NCBI RefSeq assembly: GCF_009914755.1
Contig: NC_060927.1
Length of the DNA stretch: 64,000 bases
Reading direction: 5' to 3' (one strand)
From: the human T2T-CHM13v2.0 reference genome, Homo sapiens
Shown here: positions 12,001-29,349 of the stretch, in pieces
Numbering within the stretch: the first letter of the stretch is position 1
Layout: the number at the start of each line of letters is the position of its first letter
Program-made: the position numbers and the translations under genes
Notes under the pieces: generated by a model
Told to the model about the DNA's origin: nothing
What the model saw: the letters and a program-made list of their open reading frames with translations, nothing else
Databases searched by the model: none

Positions 12001-13239
12001 CACCAAATAATTCTTTTGCACACACAAAAAAGCTGACAGTTTTTCTGTCTTTTCCATAAGGAAAAAGTATGCCTTGCTTTTTGTCTATCCTCTCAAAACC
12101 ACAAAAGGCCAAGCTAGACACAATTCATGTTTACAGAAATCAAAGACACTTTTATTTTATGGTCCCCTGCCATTTCTCTCTGCCATGGGACAATTTCTTA
12201 CTGCGTTTCTTGCCAAACGAGGGTAGGAATGGAAAGACTATCAAGTGCCAGTAAGTCCATTTGAGAAAAGACAGGTCAAGGCTTTTCATTTTAGAAAGCC
12301 TACAAAATACGGAACAGCTTATAGTTATATGTTGTGATGCTTTCAGTGGACACTTTTATTGTGGAGTGTTTTATTGTTAAGTTTCATCGAACATCAAGTG
12401 ATTGGCTCAGCCTGTGGGATGGCCCTCAAGTGTGACAGAGTCAAACATTACTGGTTACTGGTCGTAGGCCTGCCGAGGGCTGATTGCACCTTCCGTTTAG
12501 AGAGTATCATGCCTTTTGCAACAAAAAGCAAATTAAAGCCCCTGCTGATTGACAGCGATATATGCTACTTTTGTTTTTAATTATTTAACACTTGACACTC
12601 TCAGATGGTACCTTATATAAGAAGAAGACCAATTTCCAAAGCAACCTTGCTTTAGAATTGAAAAGGCAAGATAACAGATTGAAGATGACTTTCACTACTG
12701 ATTATCTCTTGTTTTCATTTAAATATCAGATGAAAGGTTTAGAAGCATGCTGATTATGTTGTTAAATAGTCACTGCCCTATATCTTGAAAGATATAGTAG
12801 CCACCATTTCAGGGGCATGGCTATTTTTGGCTCTAAATGTAGGCAAGAAAATTAAGAATTACCCCAAATTATTGACTGCTGCAGATGTTCCATTTGGGAA
12901 AATAAAATAATAAATCGTGTAATTCCTACAGAGTTAGAATTAGATCTTGTAAGAAACAAATTGTTTTCTTTGCTGAAGTATTAAAAGCTGTGCAAACTTA
13001 ATTTCTTTTTCATTGTCATTTCCTGGATTTGATATTCCCACCCAAGATGCTAGGAGAAGTCACCAGTGATTGGGGTGATTCTAGCAGAGGCTACTGCTCC
13101 TTGGCACTGAAGTGGGTGGCTTCAATTCGGTCGTCTCTGATGGGAAGCAGAGACTATGGGTGGGCTCCCTACACCTGTTTCTGGTAGATCTATTAGGAAT
13201 CATCATAAGAAGACTATCTAACTTTGGCAGTATTGAAGG

Positions 13240-13658
13240 ATGTGTGACACTGACATGCCATCCACACATCCCTTCAGTGAAGAACTTGTTGTCTCAGCTA
13301 CTGGGAAGGCTATTGACAGACAACTGTCAATCCCTAAGGGAATTTTCTGAGTTGCAGGAAGCTAGTTGACCCAAGGTCACGCCTTCCATGGGGTAGGCCA
13401 TATCCAACAACTGATCAGTGTGATTGTATTTTATGCCTGGCCGTCTCAGCCCAACTCAGTTCAATTAAGGACCACTCTAGCTCCCACTGGGGCCTGCTGA
13501 AGTCCGATCTGCGTCACAGCTTGCGTTCTCCCTTCGTTCACTCCTGCTTCCTTACGTTCCCTTTCACAGGCAATGACCCCAAAACCTCTCCTTAATACAC
13601 ATGACTCCCTCTAAACTCTGTCTCAGGGTTGGCTTCCCAAGGAAACCAACCTGCAGCC
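13240..13658 (+). mobile_element. LTR16-type ERVL solo LTR
   Basis: cccaaggtcacgccttcc...tcctgcttcc...ctctgtctcagggttggcttcccaaggaaaccaacct resembles the recalled LTR16A/B consensus. Confidence 0.7.
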
Positions 13659-14774
13659 AACGAGTAATCAGTCCCACTTAGAATTCTTGTACTTGATTGC
13701 TTGCAATTACAGTCACATTGTAGGATTGTGACCCTGCTTTATGTTTGGTAGCTCTTGTTAGCAATGCCAGCAACTTCACGGCTGACATTAAAAGTGCAGA
13801 AATGTTCCGTGAATGAGTCTAAGAAAAGTCCCAAGCCTTCATCTTTTCACCTGGGACCAAGTATCAGCTCTTGATGGAATTGGAGAAAATGAAAAGAGTA
13901 TATTCTGTTTTGTGAGAAATATGTTGGCTTTAGTGTAATGAAGCTTTTATAGTTTTTGAGTTATGTGTATGGCCTTATGAATTTTTGTCTTTTGAAAAAC
14001 TTCTCTCTGATTTAAGATTCTAAAGAATTATTGCCTTCGTTATCAGTACTCACTGATGCTGCCAATTCAATTATCTACAATGGAGGGCAGTGGTGTCCAA
14101 TATAAACAAAAACAATGATTTATCCAGAATCTCTTATGTTTGTCCCCGAAGTACATTTTACTTGCATTTGAATGCAAATGCCTATATAATGCACATTTAA
14201 AAACCTAACTTTTAAATAAACTGCCTGTAGATAATTGAAAAAGTCTATATTTATATTTAATTCTTCCTCTAAGAAAGCTATAATTATATATAATCATAGA
14301 GATAAAGCGTTATCTTGCACAAAAGTCTTTTTGATATTTTATCAGTCATAAAGAATATTAAAAGGAAATAGAGTAGATATAGGGTCGGTTAAGTGAAGGA
14401 ATAGCTGAAAGACACTTGAGGAGAAAAAACACGTTACCATTTTTCAGATGACATTCGTAACTTTCTTGTGAAATGGAAATTAATCAAATGGAAGGAGATT
14501 ATTCATGTGAGCAATTGGCACTACCTGTTCAAACTTGGTTGATACACATACGATAATTTTTAAAGAAGAAACCGTTTAGGCTATTTCCATTTTAAAAGTT
14601 CACCTCTCTATTATTGGAAGTTTTTTTGATTTGCCTTTTTGGATTTGTGAATAGAAAGAACCAGGCCTTATTAATGCATATTTTTATCTTTTTCTTTGAT
14701 GGGTGATAGTCATTAAGAATGCTAAATTTAAATATTCTCCTTCTCCTCTATGTCAATAGTAAATAATAATATAT

Positions 14775-15010
14775 CAGTAATAATCACAGCTAAACTTCAT
14801 TGCATATATTCTCTGTTCAGGCACTATACTAGCACTACTACATACATTTTCTCTGTGTTTCTCCAGAAGCCTTATAAGGAAGTTCTCAGTAAACCTGTGA
14901 GAGCTAAGGCTTGAAAATTTAAGTAATTTACCAAAGGTCACACAGCTACACAGTCGCAGGCACAGCATTCGGGGTCAGGCAGCCTGACTGGCACTATACT
15001 CTTTCCAATA
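14775..15010 (-). mobile_element. MIR
   Basis: taagtaatttaccaaaggtcacacagcta...caggcagcctgact. Confidence 0.75.
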
Positions 15011-15440
15011 TACTGAACGTTTATGGGTGACAGCTCTGAGTCCTCAAAAGGAATAGAATCAGCTTCAAGTGAAAACATAGTGTGTTAGTTCAGAGACTGA
15101 AAACCATAATCCGTCTCATTTCAGTGAATTCCCTTCATCCAGTTTAACTGTCAGGCCATGCATTACACCACGTGTTTTTAAACCTCTGAGATTCAGTTTA
15201 AATCATTACCATTTTCTTTAGAGGCTTTCAGAGTTATCAGGCTGCTCTTTGCATATCTTTTTATTACTTGTCACTGATTTAATGCTATACATTATGGAAA
15301 TGCTTTAATTTCTGAAATTTTCAGTATAAATAATTGCTTATACAGCCATTACTATACATGCCAAGAGACATTAGTTCATCATAAAATATTTGAGCACCTA
15401 CTATGTGTCAGGCACTGTTCCACACATTAAATATACAATA

Positions 15441-15741
15441 CAGTAGCTCCCCCCTTATTTGCACAGGATATGTTCCAAGCCCCCCAGTGGATGCCTGAAA
15501 TCACAGATAGTACTTAGCCCTATGTATCCTATGTGTTTTCCTATACATACATAGCTGTGATAAAGTTTAATTTATAAATTAGGCACAATAAGAGATTAAC
15601 TAATAATAAAAGAGGACAATTGTAACAATAGACTATATTAAAAGTTGTCATTGTGATCCCTCTCTCAAAAGGTCTTATTGTACTGTACCTTAGGTAACTG
15701 AAACTGTGCAAAGTGAAATCACAGATAAGAGGAGACTAGCG
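15441..15741. mobile_element. MER44A-type Tigger MITE, next to an L2 3' fragment (about 15375-15425)
   Basis: TA|cagtagctccccccttat...ccccagtggatgcctgaaa...gataagaggagactagcg|TA. Confidence 0.85.
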
Positions 15742-15969
15742 TAGTAAAGGAAATGGACATTGTGTCCACTTTCATGTTGTTCCTTAGACTGTTCCTGGAA
15801 ATGATTTTCTCCATATTCGTTGGCTCTCTCAGCTGTTCTGAACAAATTTGGGAAGAGAGTTTCTATGGTTTGACTCTGTGGACTTGGCCTGAGTATGAAT
15901 AACTGGGTCATGTTCTTGACCTCCAAGAAACTTGGAGCACAGCCTAAGAGATTGCCTGATGGATACAGT

Positions 15970-16150
15970 CATGAAATTTAGAACTTGAAGGGACATTAGA
16001 GACCACCTAATCCGACCATTTTAAACAGATGCAGAAACTTCAGCGCCAAGCAGGGTCAGACTACTAACCCAGGATCTCAGAATGAGCTTGTGGCAAAAGC
16101 CAGGCCAGAATCCAATTTTCTCCTTCAAGGGTCACTTTCTTCCCATGGCT
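15970..16150 (-). mobile_element. MIR-family fragment
   Basis: ttagaacttgaagggacattagagacc...cattttaaacagatgcagaaact. Confidence 0.6.
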
Positions 16151-16619
16151 CCATACACATGCTCTAATCTTTGGCACACCCTGGTCTTAACCTAGTAAAT
16201 ACTTTGGATAGGGTTATAATGAGGATTAGCTATTGCCTTTTGTGGTTGAGCAAACATCTGGGTCAATGCTAGTAACTGAAGAAAAGGAAAATAATAAAGC
16301 AAACCAACTACATTATTTACCAATATGAAAGTGAATGCTAGCATAACCATTAAAGGTTAAAAATTCAATGGATGACAACTGCTCATGTATCTTTGGATAG
16401 CTCATAAATAACAGAGACACTGTGCTTTTAAGTGATCACTTTGCTGCTCCTTTTTCTTCTTTATGTGATTAATTATGGTAGGAGAGCATTTTCCCCTCGA
16501 ATAAAGCCTACAGCTTAAAGAATCAGACATTTCTCCCTAAGTTTGTTCTTTTGCCTCATTATATAAGAGAAAAAGGTTTTCTCTGTTTTTCCAAAATGAG
16601 ATTTATAATCATCCCTAGC

Positions 16620-17475
<856 letters not shown>

Positions 17476-18125
17476 ATTTTCCCTGTGAGGATGTGATTTT
17501 GGTAATATTAATTCTTCAAGACCTTCTTAGTGATTGATTATTGTGGCTAGTATCTATTATATTATATTATATATAATATACCACAGATTACATATTCCTT
17601 GTAGTATCAAACTTTAGAAAAGTGTTCAATTGCATGAAATTTCTCTTCATTTCCCCCCCATTAATGATCACTTCCATACTTTCGTAGAATATTTTCACCC
17701 TCTCTTTGTTCAGTGTTTGCCCTCTGTTCCCATATAAGGATGATTAAAACCCTTAAGCTGCTTCTCACTGAAAAGAAAGATAAGACATAATGTGCCCTTC
17801 TCTTAAACTACCTGGCATACCATTCCCAGAGTCAAAGAGAAAAGTCTGTAATGGAAACCTACAGGTAGCCTAGTACCTGGAGAAAATTATTTCTTCCTGG
17901 TTCTGTGAGTATGCCACTCACCTGGCTGGCTACATCCTGTGCTGGCTCCATTCTAGAAAAAGACTGGTCATTTCTATACCAGAAGAAAAGCAATAATATA
18001 TTTATACATGCACTGATTTAGTTTTTGGCCAGGAAACTTCTCTAGTCCTGCCTCTCCACATTCTCTTCAAACATTCTAGCAACAAATATGAGTAAGAAAA
18101 TGTTTTATACTTTAATGCATTCTCA

Positions 18126-19050
<925 letters not shown>

Positions 19051-19194
19051 GAATGAATATTTAGCTGTCATCTTCCTGGAAGCACAAAGAGCAAGTGTAG
19101 TAAATTACTTTGTGTTTTTTCCCATTTAACATGTAAGGTAGGATTAGGTTGTAGAAAATAGTTTAGATATCCACAGATGCATGTGCACACATGT

Positions 19195-19219
19195 ACACAC
19201 ACACACACACACACACACA
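19195..19219. repeat. (CA)n microsatellite
   Basis: About 12 AC units. Confidence 0.9.
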
Positions 19220-19649
19220 TACTCTCAAACAATAGCTCTGAAAAGATAAAGACAATGTTGAATGGGCTGCTTTAGAAACTTGGCCTGTAATGAATATGAC
19301 AGCAGTTAGCAGTTACAGACCTTGAGGCGAATCTTTTTCTCCTGGGCCTTAGTCTGATTATTTGAGTAGTGAGCTATATATTTTCCATGTCATCAAACAC
19401 AAGGGGATCTTGTGTAGTTTCATCCCTCATAGATAATAGTTTTAATTTCTTGGAAAAAAATAAAAGCAACAACTTCTTGAAGATAATTCCATTCTTCTTT
19501 ATGCTCCCAACTCCTATCCAATTAGTGGTTTTCTTTGAAATTATGGTTTGAAGATATTTTCCAGAAGGTGATTTCCCTGTCCTTTATGAATTGTAAAATA
19601 ATTTCCTCCAGTCAGGCAAGATTTATTTCTTTAATGAACTAATGTGAAA

Positions 19650-19860
19650 TCCAGGGGCTACCTCAGGGGTGCTCATATGTGCCAAGCATTCTGTGGGCAT
19701 TTCACAAATGTCTGTACCTAATTTGCCAGCAGCTCGGTGATATTGGTATAATATGCTTCATTCATGGCTGAGAAAAGTGAGATTAGAGAGACTTAGAAAC
19801 TGGTTAAGTTAGTAAAATCAGTTTTTGTAACTCAAATCCTATGCTCTTTTCTCTGTATAT
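19650..19860 (-). mobile_element. MIR
   Basis: gtgctcatatgtgccaagcattctg...gagaaaagtgagattagagag. Confidence 0.55.
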
Positions 19861-20489
19861 CATACTGCATCTTTTTTATAACTTGAACTTTTCATGCTCC
19901 CCTCCAAATTTCCGCCTTCAATTTAAGCCAAGCAGATTAAATATATCTACTGTTAGTTCCCTGGAATCAGTGCTTACTCTCTTCCAACCATGTGACTAAG
20001 CATTTAAGAGTGAATTCTATTGACAGCGTCTTCCCTTGGAGAACTCCCTTGTATGTTCAATGTGAAACCACCTTGATCTCCTTTGCCCATGAATGGCTGT
20101 TTTTCTGATTAACTTCATTTCATAGACCTGGTAACTGAGAAGTGAAAAACCAATCTCAATGTCAGAGGTAAAAGCATAGAGCCTATTCTCTAGTGACAAA
20201 TCGTTTTGTTCAGGGTATACTACCTGCTGAGACATTGTAAGTGTTCAATGAGGGGATTGTCCAATTTAGTGCATCAATGCCTTATCATATTTGTGTACAC
20301 TTCTTCCATGTATATGCTCATGTGACCTGCACAAATCCTAAATGGGTCTGATTAGCCTTTGATGCCTTTTCATGTTTTGTTCTGCCATATTATTTCTGGG
20401 AAGTTAGAAAAAGGGAAGAGATGTCTTAAAATATGACCTTTGAATTTCAATGACTCAAAGAGATGATGGCATAGATGGCTGTTGAGTTC

Positions 20490-21200
20490 AGCAAATAGAT
20501 TGGCAAAGATTAAGAAGATGGGTCACACTACTATAGTAGGTGTGTGAGGAAAACGGAACTTTTACATATTGTTGATAGAGGTATAAATTTGTACAAATTT
20601 AGAGAAATACCTAAAACACATTAAATTTGTAATTCCTTTGATCTAATAATTCTACTGCTAGAAATGCATCCTTTAGATATACTTGCACAGTTACCACAAT
20701 TAAGATATCTGGGCAAAGTAACTAGGTCGAAATATTTGCTTATTACCATACAATGGTGTTGAGAAGCAAAGGACACTTACATAGCATTCTAAAACAAACA
20801 ACAAGTAGAATAAGCTCTGAATTGATATTAGTTATTTTGCTAATAATGCAAGTCATCGTTTCTATGTTAAAAAATTTGAAACCATAGATAAATTAGAAAA
20901 AAGAAGAAAGGAGGATATTCTTTGTGCCACCACCCATAGATAACCATTATTAAAAATTTGATGTGTTTTCCTTCAGTTCTTTTCTGTGCAAGAGTGTTAT
21001 GTGCTAACTTTGTAACACTGCCATTTTCCTTTTATTAAAACTTTAAGAATCATTTTTAATAAGCTCAAGATTCCTTGTTATATATAAGTACAGTAAAACG
21101 AAACCTTCCCCTTGTGTAGGATACTTAGTTGTTTCCGGTTTTGCTCAAGTATTATAATGGAAGCAGGCAAAAAAGGCATCTACATATTCCTTTTCTATTA
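20490..21200. mobile_element. Ancient L1M (L1ME-like) fragments
   Basis: agattggcaaagattaag...cctttgatctaataattctactgctagaaat (+), followed by a degenerate antisense 3'UTR-like stretch. Confidence 0.5.
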
Positions 21201-21489
21201 ATTAATTGTTTCTGTCCCACTTACGCTGATAGATTCTGGGTTTGTGGAAACTTAGTTAATAGTCTAAGTCAGTGTATTCTAATTTGTTTCTTTCTTGGTA
21301 AATAATGTTTATGGCTGGTAGAGTAAGTCAGCTAGTTATAATCATTGTAGTACATATACATGCATACGTATTACACATACAGACATATATAATACGTATT
21401 TTCTTTTTATTTTAGCAGCAGCATTTTATTTTGGCACATATATTTTGGGAGTAGCACAAGCTACATTATTGGCGGAAGTCTGGTATCCT

Positions 21490-21720
21490 TTAGGAGTTTG
21501 CATTCTAGAGTGACTGCCTTAGTTTGAACCTTGACTGGTAGCTATGTGATTTGAGGTAGATCCTTTACCCGCTCACAGCCTTAGTTGCCTCCTCTGCAAA
21601 ATAGTGATGACAATAATACCTACATTAGGGGCTAAATATAAGTATTAAAGGTAATGCAACGCACAGTGCTCAATACATAATAAGTGCTCAATAAAGAGTT
21701 GTCACTGTTACTAGAGTTAC
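21490..21720 (+). mobile_element. MIR
   Basis: gctatgtgatttgaggtag...ccttagttgcctcctctgcaaaatag...taagtgctcaataaa. Confidence 0.8.
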
Positions 21721-22784
21721 TTGTTTCTCATTATTCACACTGTTCTTTTGATGTTGTTGTAGTTTTTGCTTTGCTTTGTTTCTTGCCACACGTTCTGTTT
21801 ACTTCTAGGCAAGTATAATTTTCTCAGCTATAAATTGTATTAATCTTATGCATTCATTTCTGTAATGAGCACATTCTCCTTTCTCTTCTTCTGTCCCTTT
21901 TTCTACCCCAACTAGTGCTAAAATATGAATTGTAAACTGCTAGCATTAAAATGAAATTTTTGGCAAAACCATGAGATCCTACTTTCCTTTATATCTATAT
22001 GAATTGGTATCTTTTAAACCAGAGCTACTAGATTGCTAATTTTTAAAAATCTGTTAACGTTTTTGTAGAAGGACAATTATTCAGTGTGTACAGTAATGAA
22101 GCCGTTGATCCATTAGAATTGTGCAGAAATATAGGGCTTGAACTCTTAAAATTCTCTTACTTACCTCGTAAGTAGTAAAATTCAGACTCAGTGATTCTAG
22201 TATAAACTTCAAAATGCAGTAGAAGGAGAAGCAGAAAAATGACTTAGCGGAGTGGCAAATTGATAATAACCCGTTTAGATCTCTTCATTATTCCCCGTGG
22301 CTTTTCTGCATCCTTAACATCAGATTTTGCTGCAAGCGTTTTGTATTTCTCAGGGAAAATAATTCATAAAGATCATGAATGCCCACGCTTTGTGAAGAGA
22401 CCTATTGTCATTAGCAGCCAGATTCTCATGGGAAATGGAAGTCACAGGAGGACAATCATAAATGACATTTCTGATTATGTAATTTTGTAGTATACACTGA
22501 CATTTGGTTTCCTATCTTTAGTATAGAGATTAAAGGATCTCTTTTTCCTGAAGTTTTTCATTTTTCCTTCTGTTTAAGTTTATTAAAATATAAATCAATA
22601 ATTGTAATGACAAAAATAGAAAAAATCTGAAGTAAAAGTCTCCTGTCAATCTACCTCCAGAGACAAACATTATCATTTTCCTATGTAGACTTTTTGTTCT
22701 TTCTCCATACATTCAAGTCTATATGCTTCTATATATCACATGTCTATATTACATACACTTTTAAAATAATACTGCTTTTTTTTC

Positions 22785-23240
22785 TTTCAAAGCAGCCCAC
22801 GAGGCAAAAATTTTAGTGCATTAAGTTTATTTAGGAAGTGATCCATGAAAACAGAAGTAAAGGAATAGGGAAAATAAGATAGGGATGGGGAAAATGTTCA
22901 AAAATCATGTTCTATTAAGCAAGTTTGAGCTCCAGCAGAACTGGAGCTCAATTCTGCTGGAAACTCTGAGGAACCATGTAGAAAGCACCGAGATGAAAAG
23001 TCTGGAGCATTTATTTTTCAGCTTCCATACTCCATTGGTTGGAGGTTGCCCCAGAGTGTTAACTCCCCTGCAACTTGGACTGCATGTGTGCACAGCTGAG
23101 CAACCTTCTGCAGCTTTGGAAAAAGCAGGGCAGAGAGATCCAGCACATGCTTGGTATGTAACTAGTAACAGTCTATGACTCTCTACCACAGTTCTGTTGT
23201 AATCAGGTAGGCCAAGGAGATGTGCTGCCGCATACCAGGA
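22785..23240 (-). mobile_element. LTR33/LTR16C-like ERVL LTR
   Basis: gtttatttaggaagtgatcc...aactggagctcaattctgctggaaactctg...cattggttggaggttgcccc. Confidence 0.65.
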
Positions 23241-23489
23241 GCCTCTGCAATCCTGACCTGCATGCTGTTCTTCAACTAGCTTTTTAAAAAATATAACAAC
23301 GTATCCCTGGATACATTTCCAAGTCAGTACATGCACACATTCTTTTTGTTTTTAATGACAGCATTCCTCCGTGAATATTAGAGTGGGCTAGCTAATCATT
23401 TAAGTGAGTACAATGCCAGCTTTTGTCTTCATTTTACTGTGTGAACATATAGGTATGCTAAACATTCCTCCATAAAACAAAGAGTGATT

Positions 23490-23645
23490 TTTGCTTCTCA
23501 AGCTTTTATGTACACATGAATCACCTATGGATCTTGTTAAAACGCAGATCTGATTTAGTATATCTGGGGTGGGGCCTAAGACTCTCCATTTCTAATGATT
23601 CCTCAAGTCTTATTGATCCATAAATCAGGCTTTGAGTTCATGGTT
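23490..23645. mobile_element. MER5-family hAT MITE
   Basis: ttctcaagc...gaatcacct...cttgttaaaacgcagat...ggggtggggcctaagactctccatttctaa. Confidence 0.8.
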
Positions 23646-24029
23646 CTAAAATGAAACAACGTGAAAGAAACTTGTACGCTGTGAAAATGTTCCTTATAAA
23701 AGTCTAGAAAGTTTTCCACAAGCTAAGACATTGGACTAGGAGCTGAATCTAATTTCCAGCTATAAATTTGCTTTGAGACCTTGGGCAAGTCTTTTCTTAT
23801 CATGGTTATCACTCAGGTGCCTTGGCCATAGGTAGTATTTTATGATCCAATATGTTCATTTTTTTTACTTGCAAAGAGAATCTGCTTTTTGTCTACTCAG
23901 TTCCACGACTGTGTTGAGCCAAACTAAGGCTATAAAACCAGATTTAAGAAATTCCAGGGTTCCTGCATGTTTATATTTATAGATCATCACTACTCTTATT
24001 AGGTGAAACTAGATGAGTCAGATTGCAAA

Positions 24030-24640
24030 ACTAGATGTTTAATGGATATATCAAACTTAAAATATTCAAAGTAGAGTTGTAGATTTCCCCCCTCACATTT
24101 GGCCCTCCATCTTCTATGATAATCAATAGTAGCTGTGGGCCAGGACGCAAATGTCAAAACCCTGAGATCATCCTTGGACTTTCTTTTCTCAAATTCCTCA
24201 AATTCTGTGCATCAGAAAGTGTGTAGAATTTACCTGCAAAACAGATTTCTTAATCCACTTTTCTTTATAACTATCTTCACTAATATATCCAGAAGGACTC
24301 TCCTCATCCATTACAACAGCTTCCCACCTAATTGGAACTCGGCTCCATTTATTGGCCCTACATTTTCTTACAGATACATTTTTTTTTTTTTAGGCAAATC
24401 AGATTTTGTCTTTCCCCACTTAAATTCATCAATGTCTTCTCATTGTACTTAGCATAATCCTAATTCACAGTATGTAGATCCACATGGCCCACAAGGCCCT
24501 ATGTGATCTGGCCCCTGCCTACCTTTCCAAAGTCACTTCATGCCATTACCCGCTAGCGCTAGCTCCCGCTGTTGCACCCACATTGGCCCTTTTTATTTAC
24601 CCAGGATGCCGGAAGCTCTTTTTTGCCTGAGAAACGTGGC
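24030..24640 (+). mobile_element. L2 LINE fragment
   Basis: gatgtttaatggatatatcaaacttaa...acaaggccctatgtgatctggcccctgcctacct. Confidence 0.75.
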
Positions 24641-25146
24641 CTTTTCACCTTCCTTGAAAATGTTTTGGATTTTATTAATTTTGTAGTACTTTTTAGTAAA
24701 ACTGAAATTCATCAATCCTTTTTCTATGTAAATTGTATCATATGTAGCCATTGTAAGCATTTTCTCATTTACTTGGGAAGAAAATATAGACAGGCACCCA
24801 GTGAATGTGTACAGCCAATTAACAGGAAGAAAAGGAAAGATATTAACATTTACAAAGTGTCCATTAATCTTTACAGTAACCCTATGGTAGTAGTAGTATT
24901 CTTTTAACTGACAGTGAAATAAAAACTCAAGGAAGTGAACTTATTAGTCTGGAATGATAGGGTCTACCTATGTATGTATGTGTTTATATATATAAACATA
25001 TACCTAAATAATACGTTAAATGCTTTTGGATTTGAAAGCAGATTGATCATCCATGCAAATCTCTGGCATTTTTTTGTTGTATTGGCATTATTCTCACTAA
25101 AGTGTGTGGAAATAATTTTTAAGAATTCATGAGTTCCCTGTAAGAA

Positions 25147-25148
<2 letters not shown>

Positions 25149-25190
<42 letters not shown>
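25149..25190. repeat. (TG)21 microsatellite
   Basis: Perfect 42-bp run. Confidence 0.97.
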
Positions 25191-25191
<1 letters not shown>

Positions 25192-25879
25192 CTTTTCATT
25201 CTATGGTAATCTTTTAAAAATTATGAAAGCATATTTGAGATCATCTGGAGGATCGGTCAACGACACTGTCTGTGTCTGTATTTATATCTGTAATTATCTG
25301 GTGCCAAAGAGGCCTGCTGTCATTGTCTGGGGCTAATGAGGAAGGAAAGAGAAAAGACGCTGACTAAATAAGTAAATGATGCTTTTAAACCAAATGAAAG
25401 CTGTTACCCTGGCAAGCTACACTCAGATGAAGGTTTTATAGAAAAAGTAGTGGAAGAATCTGAATGTCATGTGGCACAAAGTATACAGCCTATGAATTTC
25501 AAAAATATTTAGTGTTGCAGCAGATACTAGCAGATTCACACTGCAAGCGGCAATTTAGATTTGGCAAAATAACATTATCTATGATACTAAATTAATATTT
25601 TAATTGAATTGTTTTGGTTATACAAGTTAGCTTTTATGAAATTTTAAAATGTATTTGGCTTAACAGTTGTACTCAAACTATAACAGAGGCATTTATGCCT
25701 CGTTACATCCTTGCACACATGTAAGGACTCTTTAATGATAAAAATACCCAAATCAACATTGGAAGCCTTATGTATATTTATATAAGATATATATGATATA
25801 TGGTGATGTAATAACTATATAACAACAGAGATATAATATTAAATATGTATTTTTTTCTTTCCTCGTAAGTGGTCTAATA

Positions 25880-26062
25880 CTAGGGTATAGCAACCTTGGC
25901 ATGACAGATTCTTTCACAGATAATTCTTTGAGTAGGAGACATTCCTGTGTGTGTAGAATGCCAGTAGCAGCCCCTACAGTGCAGTTGTTACAAAGAAAAA
26001 TGTCTCCAGATGTTGCCAACAGTCCTCTGAGGGGAAAACTGCCCTGTTTCAGGGTCACGGGT
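25880..26062. mobile_element. MER20 hAT DNA transposon
   Basis: caaccttggca...gataattctttg...aaaaatgtctccagatgttgccaacagtcctctgaggggaaaa. Confidence 0.8.
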
Positions 26063-26639
26063 CTATCCATTTCTCTAAGATAGTAACCACTGCCTTATTC
26101 CATGTTGTGGATGAGGTTGTAAACTCACAAAACTATGATGTTTCCAACTATTAATGAGGAAATAATTCTGAAAGTGCATATATAGGCAACATTATGAGAA
26201 GAAAATCTAGCAGAGTCAGGTGAGCATGGGGATAGTAGAAGAGAAATATATCTGTAATTAAAGAGAATTTATGTGGCTCTTCTTTTATTTACTATTGCCT
26301 ATTGATGCCTGGAATCCAGTTTGAATGTCCATCTTCATTCTCTCTGTACACACCTAAGCAGAAATATTGCCTAAAACCTTTAGTGGAGACCATGAGCGAG
26401 TGGTATGCAAATGAACCAAACAAATAAACACTGTCCAAGGTACTGCTGAGTATGTTAATTGTGCAATATTAGGAGAAGCAGATGCTGAATTTCGTGTTTG
26501 GTATTCTTTCTGTCTCAAGGGAGGGCAGTTTGAATGCAAGACACAAAATATACACTGTCTTAAATTTCTTTTATAAGGTAAAGCACTTATGAGGAATACT
26601 TTTATATTTTTGGATTTTGGCTATCAAAATTAACAGCTT

Positions 26640-28000
<1,361 letters not shown>

Positions 28001-29349
28001 CTAAGAAGGTGATCATTTATGCACTAGTTGCATTTTCCTCCTCTCCTCTCTTCTATAACATCTTAGCTAATATTGTTGTCCTATTCCATTATTAGGATAA
28101 TCCAGCAGAATCTGTTGCTGTTTCGAAGGTTGGGTGCCAGTTCTGCCTTAGTGATTCATTGAGGTGGAGCTGAAAGAGCAGAAGTCACCCTCTCCTTGGA
28201 AGCCAGGAGCATTTTATTGTTTTTAACAGTGCTGAGAATGCCAGTGACTCTAAAGATGAGAAAAAAAACTCTCTTAATGAGTTTCAGCATTTTAATGTAC
28301 TGCAGGTTCCCAATTGTATGAGTTTAAGAAGCTTAGCAATTCGGTATCTTCTGAATAATAACATTTATTTTATACTGTAAATACTCCCAGGGAAGTCTGA
28401 ATAACACTACAGCTTCTTCGGTGTAATAGCTTTGGTGAGCTAATTGACTTGAACAGTGGAATTGCTCCTTAAAAAAAAAAAGCCACACAGTTTTGATTAA
28501 TGAGCCCAGTAATAAATCATTAATCTTTGTCGCTCACAAATGATAGGAACAGTGTTATGTTTCCCACCCTGTAATATATTTCTTGATTCTCTTGCTAATA
28601 CAGTGGCCACATTTTAAGGATCTCATTATCAATTTAATATGCCTACCTCCATATAATTTAATATAACATCTAGTAAGTTTACACTTATGAGGAACACAAT
28701 GGGACACATTCTAAATAGTGATAATTGTTCTGTAATTAACATGACTTATATTTACTTAGTAGCTGTCCTCTTAAAGTGTTCTAAATTTCCTTATGTAATA
28801 AAAATTGTAGAAGTGATCATGATTTACTGAGCTTCTGTATTCCTGAAACTCTGCTAAATTTTTAGTATATCATAACATTGAATTTCTACAATAACCCTCT
28901 AAGGTTATTAGTATTATTATCTCCATTTTTCAGTCAAGGAAATTTGCTGAGAAGTGTTAATAACAGTTAGTGTCAGGGCCACCATGTCATTACATGTTCA
29001 CAGCTCATGCCTACTCAAAGTTTTCTGGAAGCTTAAGAACAAAATCATTTTTATTAAAATGGAAGTATATAGTTATACAGTCAATCCAAATTGATGTTTG
29101 TCATTGTTTTAGGGCTTAATGTATCTCAGTGTCTTTTACATTTTAAAATTTAATTTTCATGCATATCATGTAGCTGAGACACCGTTTAAAAATAATTTAG
29201 ATTGTCAAATCATCATTTTAAGGAAAATGGAATTTCAAGTTAAGGGCTATAAGAGTTAGGGGACAGATATCTAATTCTTCGTTGCCCTAATGTGTCAGCT
29301 AACAAAAAATAGCACTTTATTATTGAAATTTAGTTGTGTAACATCCACT

